Shown here in pieces: positions 1 through 12,699 of a stretch of 62,657 bases of DNA. The position numbers and the translations under genes were made by a program. The DNA lies in assembly GCF_902713615.1 (NCBI RefSeq), contig NW_024055843.1:124001-186657 (forward strand). Reading direction: 5' to 3'. The DNA comes from Scyliorhinus canicula (taxonomy: Eukaryota). How positions within the stretch are numbered: the stretch's first letter is position 1; the number at the start of each line of letters is the position of its first letter. Under the pieces are notes generated by a model that was given only the letters and a program-made list of their open reading frames with translations, made no database searches and was not told the origin of the DNA.

Positions 1-1185
1 GTTGTCTCACAGTGCCAGGGACTCAGGTTCAATTTCAACCTTGGGTGGCTGTCGGTGTGGAGATTACACCTTCTCCCCATGTCTACGTGGGGACGCAGAC
101 ATGGGGAGAAAGTGCAGAATCCGCACAGACAGTGACCCAAGCCTGGAATCGATAAGAATGGGTGATAAATGCTGGCACAGCCTGCGACGCCAATGTCCAA
201 TGAATAAAAAAAAAGTTTCATTAATTGTCACTCAATTAAGGATCACTACTTATTTAATCATGTTACAAACTAATTAATACACTAATTTTTAATTAATACA
301 TTTGGTTAATACAAGATACACTGGTTCTTTTCTGAGTAGTACTATAATCCATACGCTTCACCCGCTGTCTGTGTCTATGTATTTACATTGTATGTTTATT
401 GTATGTCCTATGTTTTTTCATGTATGGAGCAATCTGTCTGGAAATGTAGGACAATATTTTTCACTGTACCTTGATACACGTGACAATTAATCAAATCCAA
501 TCAAAGAGACAGTTTCTTACTAGTCTTCAGATTGAACAATGAACCTTCTTAAAAATTATTCATTAATGGGAGGTGGGCGTCACTGACTGGACCAGCATTT
601 ACTGCTCATTCCAATGCCCTTGAACTGCGTGTCTTGTGAGGCTATTTAAGGAGACTTACAAATCAACCACAACATTGCTGTGGATCTGGAGTCACGTGCA
701 GGACAGGCCACAAAGGAGAGCAGATTTCATAAAGGACATTAGTGAACCAACCGGGTTTTTACAACGATCAACAATGTCAACATTAGACTTTGAATTTGAG
801 ACTTTTATTCAATTTCAAAAACTGTCATAGGCAGATTCGATCCCAGATCCCTAGAGCATTAACCTGGGTCTCTGGATTACTAGCCCAGTAACAATACCAT
901 TACACCTCTGCCCAGCCCACATAGTCTTGGCAGAATATGATGTTTGTAACTTCTCAAAATTATAAAGTAATTTATTTTTTCAAACAAATTCTGAAAACTC
1001 TGCAGTTTCTGGAAACATTTTGGTTGGAAGTGATACTTTTTAAAATAAAGAACTAGTCTTTACAAGATAACTACCTCACACACCAATTCATGTATGATAA
1101 TCTATGTTCACTACTGAATAATCATGAATTTAATTATTGCTTTTTGCTGTGAAATCAATGTGGTTAATACAGAAAAGGTACAGAA

Positions 1186-1519
1186 GGTACCTTTCACGAT
1201 AGCATGGTGGTTAGCATCAATGCTTCACAGCTCCAGGATCCCAGGTTCGATTCCCGGCTGGGTCACTGTCTGTGTGGAGTCTGCACGTCCTCCCTGTGTG
1301 CGTGCGGGTTTCCTCCGGGTGCTCCGGTTTCCTCCCACAGTCCAAAGATGTGCGGGTTAGGTGGATTGGCCATGCTAAATTGCCCGTAGTGTAAGGTTAA
1401 TGGGGGGGATTGTTGGGTTACGGGTATACGGGTTACGTGGGTTTAAGTAGGGTGATCATTGCTCGGCACAACATCGAGGGCCGAAGGGCCTGTTCTGTGC
1501 TGTACTGTTCTATGTTCTA
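1186..1519 (+). mobile_element. HE1-type V-SINE, young subfamily
   Basis: tRNA-like A/B boxes, V-domain GGGTTTCCTCCGGGTGCTCCGGTTTCCTCCCAC, (GTTCTAT)n tail. Confidence 0.9.
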
Positions 1520-2399
1520 AGGTGAAATGGCTGCAGGAAGCTGCATGTTCGAGGTATAAAAGGGCTTCCTTGACCGTGTTACTAATGACAGGGAATACAC
1601 TATGAAAATAACAATTTCAAAACTAAATGTAATTACACATACGTACTTACAGCTTCCTACATTACAACAGTGAATATGTTTCAATTCAAAAGTACTCCAT
1701 TGGCTTTAAAACACTTTAGGAGGTTCAGTGGTCGAGAGGTTTTATAGAAATGTACATTTATTCTAATTGTCCGCATATATTACACTCGGTGTCCTCACCA
1801 GAATCATTGATAAAGATTGAGTCTTCATTTTGTGTAATACCCACGTCATTGACACCATTTTGAATACTCCGTGAAAATCCACACACACCATATTCACAAT
1901 TATTTGTTGTAAAACACAGCGAGTTTTTGTGATTTGGAATGCAGTCTATAAATGGTGCTGGAATCTCATTGGAATGCAATTTCCAAAAGGGAATTTGATG
2001 CATTCTGAAAAAGCCGAAATAGCCGAACTCTGGGATTAAATGGGTCATTGTACAAAGAGCTGGCATGGGAAAAATGGGCCAAATAGACTCCTCTGTGCTC
2101 GAACAGCCTTGTGTACATGTAAAGGGAGTGGTAACAACCTGGAACCTATCGCCTATGAGGGTGGGAGATGCAGAGATGATGGAATGATTTCAATAGGAAA
2201 TTGGACAGGCATTGAGAGAAATAAACTCACAGGGATTTGGGGATAGAACGGGGCAATGGACAGACCGGCTTCCTCCATAGGGAGCCGACACGGTCCCAAA
2301 GGGCTGAATGGCCCCATTCCTCACCCTCCAGATGCTGTGATCTCAGGAGTGAAATTTAGTTGCTCCAGTCACTCCAACTAATTGGAGTCCCTCATCTCT

Positions 2400-2990
2400 G
2401 GTGCCATTCTCGTAAATGTTCTCGACACCGTCTCTGAGAACTTCACATCTTTCCCAAAGTGTGGGGCAATTATATATAGGGTTCCATTCTAGAGAGATAG
2501 AATTGAAAAGCACGGAGGAAATGTTCAGCTTGTTTAGAACCGGGGTTAGACTACACTGGGAGCAGTGTCAACATTGGTGATCTCCATTTCGATAAAGGAA
2601 ATAGAGGCACTGGATAAGGTGCAACAAAGATTCATAATATACAGAACTGAGAGCATTTAACACCCAGGAAAGTCTGGGGCTGCTTTTTTCTGGAAAGGAG
2701 AAGACTGATGGGTGACCTGGAGGAAGTCTTTCAGATTATGAAGGAATTCAATAATCCAATAGGAATTTCAGCAGAAACCTCTTTACCAGTGAGTGGTGAG
2801 AATGTGCAACTCACTCCCACAGCAAGTGGTTGAGGTGAACAGCATTAATCCATTGAACGTAAAGCTAGATACATACATGAGAGAGAAAGGAATAGAGGGA
2901 GATGCTGATGGTGGGGAGGGGGGGGGGAAAGGAGGGTATAGAGGGGGGGGGGGATATAGAGGGGTGGGTGGAGGGTCATGTGGAGCACAA
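2400..2990 (+). mobile_element. CR1 LINE 3' fragment
   Basis: Degenerate VRLHWEQCVNIG..FDKG..ALDKVQ and GENVQLTPT motifs homologous to 5810-6250. Confidence 0.7.
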
Positions 2991-3342
2991 ATACTGACAG
3001 ACCATGGCTAACCTCAGCCGCTATGGGAATTTAACCTGTGCTGTTCGTGTCACTCAGCACAAACCAGCCATCCAGTCAACTGAGCTAACCGATCCCCATG
3101 TAAATCTGTAATAATTCCATAAATATTAGTGATTGCCTGTCACCCACCATACTATTTAATGTAGTTTCCCAGTGCACCTCAGACAACATGCCCCTCATAC
3201 CCTGATAGTTTTCTTCTGTGAGAAGCACCAAGACAAATTAAACAAAAGATCCATGTAACCACCATAGCCCATCTTCATGGCAATGTGGCATGATTTGGGG
3301 GATTTCAAAACAGAAATGGTAATGAAATATCTTCTAACCTGA

Positions 3343-3672
3343 AGAGCATGGTAGCATAGTGGTTAGCACAGCTGCTTCTCAGCTCCAGGGTACCAGGTTC
3401 GACTCCCGGCTTGGGTCACTGTGTGGAGTCTGCACGATCTCCGCGAGTGTGCGTGGGTTTCCTCCGGGTGCTCCAGTTTCCTCCCACAGTCCAATGATGT
3501 GCGGGTTAGGTGGATTGGCCATGCTAAATTGCCCTTAGTGTCCAAAAAAGATTAAGTGGGGTTACTGGGATAGGGTGGAGGTGCGGGCTTGGTTGGGATG
3601 CTCTTTCCAAGGGCCGGTGCAGACTCGATGGGCTGAATGGACTTCTTCAGCACTGTAACTTCCATGATCTAT
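3343..3672 (+). mobile_element. HE1-type V-SINE; similar full-length or partial copies at 1-190(+), 10820-10970(+), 13975-14235(-), 16685-16990(-), 46940-47285(+), 48788-49092(+), 56035-56330(+)
   Basis: Same head, V-domain and CR1-derived tail. Confidence 0.85.
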
Positions 3673-3699
3673 GAACCTCCAAACTCCCTTTCACTCTTT

Positions 3700-4030
3700 G
3701 ATCCATGTGAAATGTGAAACCAGATATTTGCAAGAAGGCTCAGAGAGAATCAGCCCACTGGGGGAGAAGCCGTGAGACCGGCCAGTCCAGCAGAAAGAAA
3801 CCCTCTGACCATCCCCATTGACCAACAGAATGAACAAAATGCAATCCTGGATGTAATTGAGAACAGAAACAATAACAGCAGAATCCAATCCCTGTAATCG
3901 GTTGTGAACTTGTTGGTGTCTCAGAAAGTGCGATGAATTACAAAATCCCTTCGCATATTGAGAGCAGGTGAACGGCCTCTTCCCAGTGTGAATTCCCAGG
4001 TGTGACTGCAGACGGCATAACCGAGTGAAT
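3700..4030 (-). pseudogene. Detached 3' end of the same ZNF exon (FTRLCRLQSHLGIHTGKRPFTCSQYAKGFCNSSHFLRHQQVHNRLQGLDSAVI...)
   Basis: The finger and linker pattern resumes right after the LINE 5' junction at about 4030; one Cys is mutated (SQY). Confidence 0.8.
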
Positions 4031-6381
4031 TGATGTAAACGGGTGTGAGATCATCAGGATTATGGCGACATGGCTGCAGGATGACCAGGGGTGGGAACTG
4101 AATATATTCAGTATTTAGGAAGGACAGACAAAAAGGAAAAGGCAGTGGAGTGGCAGTGCTGGTTAAAGAGGAAATTAATTCAATAGTGAGGAAGGATATT
4201 AGCTCCAACAATGTGAAATCTGTATGCGTAGAGCTGAGAAACACCAAGGGGTAAAAACATTAGTGGGCATCTGATATAGACCCCCAAACTGCAGTGGTGA
4301 TGTTGGGAATGGCACAAAACAGGAAATTAGGCCGATTGTATAAGTTTCTGTCGGTATGTGAAGAGAATGATTGGTGAAGACAAATGTAGGTTCTTTTCAG
4401 TCAGAAACAGGGGAATGAATGTATAATAGGGAACAAAGAAATGGCTGAGCAAATAAGTACATACTTTGCTTCTGGCTTCACAAATTAGATGCTAGAAATG
4501 TTGGGGAACGCAGGATTTAGTGAGAGGAAGGAACTGAAGGAGATCAATATTCGAGAAATTGTGTTGGGGAAATTGATGGGATTGGAGGCTGATAATCAGG
4601 GCCTGATAATCTGTATCCCAAAGTACTTAAGGAAGTGGTTCTAGAAATAATGGATGCATTGGTGGTCATCTTCCAGGATTCTATAGACTCTGGAACAATT
4701 CCTGCACATTGGAGGGTGGTTTATGTAACTCCACTATTTAAATAGGGAGCTCGAGACAAAACAGGAAATTATAGACCAGTAAGCCTGACATCGGCAGTGG
4801 GGCAAATTTTAGAATCCATTATCAAAGATTTTAAAGCAAAGCACTTCGAAACCAGTGGCAGGATCGGACAGAGCCAGCATGGATTTATGATGAGGAAATC
4901 ATGCTTGACAAATCTACTGGAATTCTTCAAGTGTGTAACTGGTAGAGTTGACGAGGGAGAGCCAGTGGATGTGGTATATTTGGACTTTCAGATAGCTTTC
5001 GACTTATTCCTGCATAAGATATTAGTATGTAAAATGAAAGCACATGGGATTAGGGGTCATCTCTTGAGATGGATAAAAAACTGACTGGCAGACAGGAAAC
5101 AAAGAGGAGGAATTAATGGATCCTTTTCAAATTGGCAGGCAGTGGCTAGTGGGGTACCGCAGGGATCGGTGCCTGGGCCCAGATATTCACAAGATATATA
5201 AATGATTTTTCTTTTCAAATTTAAAGTACCCAATTCTATTTTTGCAATGAAGTGGTAATTTAGCGTGGCCAGTTCCCCTCCACTGCACATCTTTGGGGTT
5301 ATGGGGGTGAGACCCACGAAAAATCGAGAACTTGACTGCACACAGACAGTGACCCAGGCATGACTGAACCCTGATCCTCAGCACCATGAGGCAGCTGCGC
5401 CACTTATATATTAACAACTTAGATGAGGGAACAAAATGCAATATCTCCAAATTTACAGATCACACAAGTTGCTTGGGAGGGTGAGCCATGAGGAGGATGC
5501 AAAGATCCTTCAGTGTGATTTGGACAAGTTGAGTGAGTGGGCAAATGAATGGCAGATGCAGTATAATTTGGAGAAATGCGAGGTTATCCACATTGGTACC
5601 AAAAATGAGAAGGCAGACTATTATCTGAACGGCCATAGATTAGGAGAGGCGGGGAATGTGCAACGAGACCTGGGTATCCTCGTACGCCAGTCACTGAAGG
5701 TAAGCATGCAGCTACAGCAGGCGGTAAAGAAGGCAAATGGTATGCTAGCCTTCATTGCGAGCGGATTCGAGTACAGGAGCAGGAATATCTTGCTGTTATT
5801 ACACAGGGCCTTGGAGAGGCCATACCTGGAATATTGTGAACAGTTTTGGTCTCCTTATCTGAGGAAGGATGTTCTTGCTCTAGAGGGAGTGCAGCGAGCG
5901 TTTACCAGACTGATTCCTGGGATGGTGGGACTGACGTATGAGAGATTAAATCTGTTAGGTTTGTATTCGCTGGAGTTCAGAAGAATGAGGGGGATCTCAT
6001 AGAAACCTATAATATTCTAACAGGACTTAACAAGGTAGATGCAGGAAAGATTTTCCCGATGGTGGGAGTGTACAGAACCAGAGGTCGCAATCTGAGGATA
6101 CGGGAGAGACCATTTAGACAGAGATGAGGAGAAATTTCTTCAACCAGAGAGTGGTGAGCCTGTGGAATTTGTTACCACAGGAAAACTTTAAGGCCAATGC
6201 ATTATTTGTTTGCAAGAAGCAGTTAGGTATCGCACTGAAGGCGAAGGGGGTCAAAGGATATGGAGGGGAAAGCGGGATTGGGCTATTGAGTTGGATGATA
6301 AGCCATGATCATATTGAATGGCAGAGCAGGCGCAAAGGGCCAAATGGCCTCTTCCTGCTCTCCCTTTTCATGTTTCTATAT
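4031..6381 (+). mobile_element. 5'-truncated CR1-clade LINE (RT 3' half), frameshifted, inserted antisense into the ZNF exon
   Basis: ORF fragments QHGFM..KSCLTNLLEFF, VDVVYLDFQ.AFD, GVPQGSVLGP, RPYLEYCEQFWSP; CR1-type 3' tail at about 6300-6380. Confidence 0.9.
5203..5403 (-). mobile_element. Short HE1-related SINE (TTTAGAGTACCCAATT-tailed type); further copies at 8490-8710(-), 9690-9890(-), 10077-10275(+), 11455-11655(-), 16075-16290(-), 56570-56787(-), 59045-59275(-), 60590-60770(+)
   Basis: Shared GGCAATTTAGCGTGGCCAATCCACCTAC.CTGCACATCTTTGGGTTGTG block. Confidence 0.85.
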
Positions 6382-6395
6382 AATCCCTTCCCACA

Positions 6396-7262
6396 CTAAG
6401 AGCAGATGAATTGCCTCTCTCCAGTGTGAACTCGCCGGTGTTTCTGAAGGTTGGACGAATTATTGAATCCCTTCCCACACTGAGAGCAGGTGAATGGCCT
6501 CTCCCCAGTGTGAATTCGCTTATGTCTCTTCATGGTGGATGAACTAACAAATCCCTTCCCACACTGAGAGCAGGTGAACGGCCTCACCCCAGTGTGAACT
6601 CGCTGATGGTTCCGAAGGTTGGACGAGTTATTGAATCCCTTCCCACACTGAGAGCAGGTGAACGGCCTCTCCCCAGTGTGAATTCGCTGGTGTGTCTGCA
6701 GACTGGATAAATGTGTAAATCCATTTCCACACTGAGAGCAGATGAATGGCCTCTCCCCAGTGTGAATTCGCCGGTGTGTCTGCAGGGTGGATAAATCACT
6801 GAATCCCTTCTCACAGACGGAGCAGGTGAATGGCCTCTCCCCAGTGTGAACTCGCTGATGTCTCCGTAGGTTGGATGAAGAACTGAATCCCGTCCCACAC
6901 TGGGAGCAGGTGAATGGCCTCTCCCCAGTGTGAACTCGCTGGTGTCTCTGCAGGTTAAAGAAGTGAGTGAATCCTTTCCCACACTGGGAGCAGGTGAATG
7001 GCTTCTCCCCAGTGTGAACTTGCTGGTGTGTATGCAGACTGGATAACTGAGTGAATTCCTTCCCACACTGAGAGCAGGTGAATGGCCTCTCCCCAGTGTG
7101 AACTCGCTGGTGTGACTGCAGGTTAAAGAAGTGAGTGAATCCTTTCCCACACTGAGAGCAGGTGAATGGCCTCTGCCCAGTGTGACTGCGGCGATGAATC
7201 TCCAGCACAGATGGGGCTCTAAATCCCTTCCCACAGTCAGCACATTTCCACGGTTTCTCCAT
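6396..7262 (-). CDS. C2H2 zinc-finger protein, 10 tandem fingers (288 aa from MEKPWKC), ends at TAG in finger 11
   Basis: Ten CxxC-x12-HxxxH units with TGERP linkers; the first true ATG is at 7262 (ORF-track start 7298 is TTG). It may be a recent pseudogene. Confidence 0.8.
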   Translation of the reverse strand: MEKPWKCADCGKGFRAPSVLEIHRRSHTGQRPFTCSQCGKGFTHFFNLQSHQRVHTGERPFTCSQCGKEFTQLSSLHTHQQVHTGEKPFTCSQCGKGFTHFFNLQRHQRVHTGERPFTCSQCGTGFSSSSNLRRHQRVHTGERPFTCSVCEKGFSDLSTLQTHRRIHTGERPFICSQCGNGFTHLSSLQTHQRIHTGERPFTCSQCGKGFNNSSNLRNHQRVHTGVRPFTCSQCGKGFVSSSTMKRHKRIHTGERPFTCSQCGKGFNNSSNLQKHRRVHTGERQFICS

Positions 7263-7874
7263 GTTTTGGGTCTCCTCGTGTCTCTCCAGATTGGACAATC
7301 AGTTGAAGCCTTGTCTACACACAGAACATGTGCACTGTCTCTCCTCACTGTGAATGGTGTGATGTTTTTTTCAGGCCGTGTGTCTGGTTGAAGCTCTTTT
7401 CGCAGTGAGTTCACTGGAACTCTCTCACTCGGATGTGTTGTGTGGGTCTCGGTGCTTTTCCAGTCACACTGATATTTCAAATCTTTTGACGCCGAAAGAT
7501 CGGACAAACATTTCTCCTTCTCGTCGATGATGTTCAGAGCCCGTTGTTTTCAGATCAGAAGGAATCGAGTGAGTTTGTCACATCGAGACGTGATGTTTGA
7601 GATTTCTGTCTGTAATTCCTCCTCTGCTAATATCCTTTAAAAACAATTTACAAAAGTCATCACTGTTATTACAGGATAGGAATTCAGAACAGACAATTCT
7701 ACTTCCTATGGAATATAATTTCCTTTCTCCTTTTCCAAAAGCTGTAAATCTCCAGCCGACACAATCTCCCTCCATTCTCACTCTGCCGTATCTAATATTC
7801 ACCCTCCCAATTCTCCTGAAGGGCTGATTCATGTTGATTGACAGATCCAAGCTCAGCTCACTGCTTCCTGACCA

Positions 7875-8290
7875 GGACGCAGAGATTAGAATAGGAGCAA
7901 GAGTCGGCCATTCGGCCCACCGAGTCTGCTCAACCATTCAATGAGATCGTTGGCCGATGGACCTCAGCACCATTTTCCACACGATCCCCATATCCCTCGA
8001 TATCTTCAGTATCTAGAAACCTATCAATATTTGTCTTGAACATACCTGATGACTCAGGCTCCACATTCTTCTGGGATAGAGAATTCCAAAGCTTCACCAC
8101 ATCCTCGAGTAAAGAGATCCCTCCTCATCTCAGCTTTCACTCTATTTTCCTACATGTTCCCCGTAACCCTTAACTCCATTGTCAATAAAATATCTGTCTA
8201 ACTTGTGGTTCAATATATTCAATGACCCCCAGATACAACTGGTCCCTGTGGAAGAGAAATCCAACACAATCCTCTGAGGGAAGAGATAGC
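7875..8290 (-). mobile_element. CR1 LINE 3' tail fragment
   Basis: Reverse complement of the same 3' tail (GGCCATTCGGCCCA...GAATTCCAAAG). Confidence 0.65.
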
Positions 8291-8878
8291 TGAAAATCTA
8301 TAACGTAGCTACAGTCTTATAGTACATGTCGAGAAATAATTATGAATTTTATTACGGAACTGTAATTAATATATCTAATCTGTACCAGATAAGAACATGA
8401 GACGGATACCTGTCCATTTACTGTCCCTGAAATGTAGCCCTCTCCTGGGGTACCCACACCTTTCATTGTAAACATTAGGAAAGAGTTTTTAAAAATATAT
8501 TTGGAGTAACCAACTTTTTATTCCAATTAAGGTGCAAAATTAGCTTGTTCAAATCACCTACCCTGCACATCTTTGGGTTGTGAAGGTGAGACACACGCAG
8601 AGACGGGGAGAATGTGTAAACTCCACATGGATAGTGACCCGGGGCGAGGATGGAATCCGGATTCTCAGCGCCATTAGGCAGCAGTGCTAACCACAGCACT
8701 ACCATGCCCCCAGAGACCACCCTTTCAGTAAGAAAAATAATTGCATCCACCTGTTAATGGGGTGGGAGGCAGGAGTTGGAAACACTTTGTGGAGCCACGA
8801 AATTTCATTTAATTTTGTTTCCCAATTAAATGGAAATTTAATGTGATTCGAGGTTGGGCTCAAATCATCAGAGGACTC

Positions 8879-9350
8879 TGGTCGCGATTCTCCGACCCCC
8901 TGCCGGGCCGGAGAATCGGCAGGGGACTGCGCGAATTGCGCCATGCCACCTCAATGCCATTCTCCCACCCATAAAAGAATCGGGCAGGCGCGCATGGTGC
9001 TGGGCCGCATGGAGAATCACCGCAAACAGCCATAGCGGCGATCCTCCGGTGGCGCTGCGATTCTCCGGCCCGAATGGACCGACCGGCCGACTGAAAAGAT
9101 CCTAGTCCCGCCGACGCTGTTCTAACATGCTCTGGGCCCAGCAGGACCTCGGGGCTGAACGGTCCGGGGGCGGCCTGTGGGGGATGGACGTGGGGTCCAT
9201 CCGGGACCGGCAGCTGGAGCGGCATGGGCCACTTCAGCGCCGTGCTGGCCCCCCCCAGGACCCGGGAATCGGGTCTCGAAACCTGCGGCGGAGTAAAGTA
9301 CTCCTGTTTTGGCGCCGGCACTCTGACGCCGGACCAGAGAATCGCGGCCC
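8879..9350. mobile_element. Non-autonomous DNA transposon/MITE (GC-rich, possibly PIF/Harbinger-like)
   Basis: Terminal inverted repeats GGTCGCGATTCTC and GAGAATCGCGGCC with internal copies of the motif; no clear TSD. Confidence 0.6.
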
Positions 9351-9909
9351 TGGTCTGTGGGGAGGAAGGAAACCCAGGGAGGTGGACAGGGAGTATTCAC
9401 AAACACCCGCTGGAGTCCCCAATAAGACCCATTGATTTTATTGTCAGTCTGCAGACAGAAGCTGGAGAACTGAACCCAGGCAGAGGAGAGGGGGGGAGAA
9501 AACTGGGAGTGGAGGAAAGAAATGGTGCAGATGGTGAGATGGGTTTGGATTTCAGCCCAGGGAGGAGGGAGAGTGTGTGGGACGGGGATTTACAGCTTTG
9601 GGGGAACAAGAGCGGGAAAACTGTTCCAGAGAAACTAGAATTGTCTATTCAGAATTTCTATCTTGGACTGAGTGCTGACTATTCTTTTTTTAATTAAATA
9701 TAGAGTACAAAATTGTATTTTGTCCCAATTAAGGGGTCATTTTATCCATCACATCTTTTTGGATTGTGGGGTTGAAACTCATGCTGACAAGGGTAGAATG
9801 TGCTAAGTCCATATGGACAGAGACCCGGGATCAAACCCGGGTTCTCGGCTAACCACTGAGCCACCGTGCCTGCCCCTCGTGATAACTTTTATAAACTCCT
9901 CTTACAGGA

Positions 9910-10507
9910 TATTACAAGGGGAGGATTTACAAATGGAAACTCAAATCAAACTTCACAGCAAAATCTAACAGAGTCACTCCATTCATCAGGACCTGAATAT
10001 CATTGGCCTGTGAATGCAGACGAAGAAATGTTTGTCTGCTCTGTCTGTAAGAAAAGATTTTCAACATCAGTGTGACTGGGACTGCTGCCTCACGGTGCCG
10101 AGGTCCCAGGTTCGATCTCGGCCCCGGGTCACTGTCCGTGTGGAGTTTGCACATTCTCCCGTGTTTGCATGGGTTTCAGCCCCACAACCCAAAGATGTGC
10201 AGGCGAGGTGGATTGGACATGCTAAATTGCCCCTTAATTGGAAAAAAAAATGGATACTCTAAATTTACTTTTTAAAAAGATCAGCGTTACTGAAAAAAGA
10301 CCCGATACACACACACTTGAGTTCAACTGATCGTCAAACTTGGAGAGGGACAAGGACACCAGCAGCATGCTGAAACCATGGCAATGTGGGGACTGTGGGA
10401 AGGGATTCAGGTCTCCATGTGAGTTGGAAATTCATCATCACCGTCATACCCGCGACAGACCATTCACCTGTTCTAAGTGTGGGAAGGGATTCACTCAGTT
10501 ATCCTAG
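9910..10507 (+). pseudogene. ZNF paralog B remnant interrupted by a SINE and cut by an L1 fragment
   Basis: CTTACAG|GATATTAC acceptor shared with paralog A; MLKPWQCGDCGKGFRSPCELEIHHHRHTRDRPFTCSKCGKGFTQLS* at 10367-10507. Confidence 0.8.
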
Positions 10508-10720
10508 TGAGGATTTACCAAGATGTGGGAGCCGAGCTGGTGAGGAAGCAAGCGGCATTTAATAAGGTTCAGGCTGCTCTATCGAAGAAAGGAGTTCCAT
10601 TCGGGGTGGTTTACCCAGCAAAGCTGCGGGTTGCAGATGAGTCCAAAGACTTTGATTTTGAGACTCCAGAGGAGGCGACTGCCTTCATTGAGGGGCTCAT
10701 TGGTCTGGGAGTATGATTCT
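10508..10720 (+). mobile_element. LINE-1 ORF1p C-terminal fragment
   Basis: RIYQDVGAELVRKQAAFNKVQAALSKKGVPFGVVYPAKLRV...FETPEEA matches the L1 ORF1 CTD pattern. Confidence 0.75.
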
Positions 10721-11027
10721 CGCTTCGGGTGTTTTGGTTTCGAAATTTGCGGGAGGCCCCGGGTTCAAATCCCGGACAAGCCCTTTGATAATGTTTTCTG
10801 TTGGCCAAGCAACATGTTTTAAGGGGTAGTAACTGTAGCACAGTGGGTAACACTGTTGCTTCACAGCTCCAGGATCCCAGGTGCGAATCCTGGCTTGGGT
10901 CACTGTCTGTGCGGAGTCTGCATGTTCTCCCTGTGTCTACGTGGGTTTCCTCCGGGTGCTCTGGTTTAATCTCACTAGTCACGAAAGACATGCTATTAAG
11001 TCATTTGTACATTCTGAACAAGAGGCA

Positions 11028-11372
11028 CAAGGTGTGCCTCACGGTAGCATGGTGGTTAGCATCAATGCTTCACAGCTCCAGGGTCCCAGGTTCGATTCCC
11101 GGCTGGGTCACTGTCTGTGTGGAGTCTGCACGTCCTCCCCGTGTGTGCGTGGGTTTCCTCCGGGTGCTCCGGTTTCCTCCCACAGTCCAAAGATGTGCGG
11201 GTTAGGTGGATTGGCCATGATAAATTGCCCGTAGTGTAAGGTTAATGGGGGGGATTGTTGGGTTATGGGTATACGGGTTACGTGGGTTTAAGTAGGGTGA
11301 TCATTGTTCGGCACAACATTGAGGGCCGAAGGGCCTGTTCTGTGCTGTACTGTTCTATGTTCTATGTTCTAA
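11028..11372 (+). mobile_element. HE1-type V-SINE, near-identical to 1186-1519
   Basis: Same diagnostic CATCAATGCTTCACAG head and tail; only a few differences by eye. Confidence 0.9.
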
Positions 11373-12089
11373 TTCTCCCTCTGTGTACCCAAACAGGCAC
11401 CGGAATGTGGTGACCAGGGGCTTTTCGCAGTAACTTCATTGCAGTGTTAATTTTTTTAAAAATATGAATTTAGAGTGCCCAATTCATTTTTTCCGATTGA
11501 GGGGCAATTTAGCGTGGCCAATCCACCTACCCTGGACATCTTTGGGTTGTGGAGCCAAAACCAAGGCAAACACGGGGAGAATGTGCAAACTCCACACAGA
11601 CAGTGACCCGAACCTGGGATCCCGGCGCCGTGAGGCAGCAGTGTAACCACGGTGGTCAGTGGGTGGTTGGCGGGTACATTGGTGATGCTGGTGAATGGCT
11701 ATGCCCCTAACTAGGACAATGTGGCATTTGTAAAAAGAATTGTTCCCCCATACATGGATACACATCAACTAATTCTTGGAGGAGATTTCAACTGTTTTCT
11801 GGATCTGAAATGAACTGGTCCAAGCCCATTCAACCGCTACAAAAACAGGAAAAGGGAATGAAACCGGACAGACCTCCCGGCAGCAACCCAGGCACCGGAA
11901 ATGACAATGGCAAACCCAGCAAAAGGTAAAGAAAAGCTGTTCAATAGCAGATTGTAAAAGGATTATGGGACACAGATTTAAGATTGTGAGCAAGATCTAC
12001 AGGGGAGATATGAGGAAGAAAATTTACACAGTGTGGTAATGATTTGAACTCAATGCTTACACACAAAGGTCAATAATCTCCAGGTCCTG

Positions 12090-12300
12090 ATCACCAGAAA
12101 AGTGCTGTCAGAATTTGATGTGAGGATTGATTGTGAGTTTCCTGTCCCTTTCTAAGTCCCTGTGAAAGAAGTTTACAAAGGCATCACTGTCAGTCCAGAA
12201 ATAAAATTCAGGAAAGATAAACATTTCTCCTGGTTTGAGTTTGCTGTGTGTAAATCCTCCCTGACTAATCCCCTATAAAAGGAGTTTCCAAAATCAATTA
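12090..12300 (-). other. ZNF-type 5' non-coding exon-like segments
   Basis: TTTTATAG|GGGATTAG and TTCACAG|GGACTTAG acceptors resemble the GGATATTAG exon starts of paralogs A and B. Confidence 0.4.
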
Positions 12301-12699
12301 GTCAGTTCAGTATAGAAATTCACAACGACCTCTCTTCCTGCTCCCTGGTCCAGGATTACCGCTTATGCTGCCTCGCCCCCCCCCCCCCCCCCCGCCCCAC
12401 TGCACACTGACCCTCGTCATCAGCAGTCCCCTGATTTGAGGGTGATGTTGACTCAGGGTTGTGTGTTTCTGCCCTGGGTCTTCATGTGGCTGAACAGGGC
12501 CACAAAGCTTTGGACACATCGGGCAGGATGGACAATGAGACAGTGAAACCTGGAGAGCAGGATTGGCTTCCTTTTCTTTCCATCTCTGCCACCGCTTTGC
12601 ATCATCAATAAGACATTGGGACTGAAAGACTAATCCAGTTTGATGGACAAGTTGTCTCCATTCCGAACAATGGGGAACAAGCTCCTCCCACTCATTGAA

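Noticed and set aside
4797-6002. RT-like ORFs as an active retrotransposon
   Set aside because: The element is 5'-truncated, frameshifted, interrupted by a SINE and has no endonuclease or ORF1.
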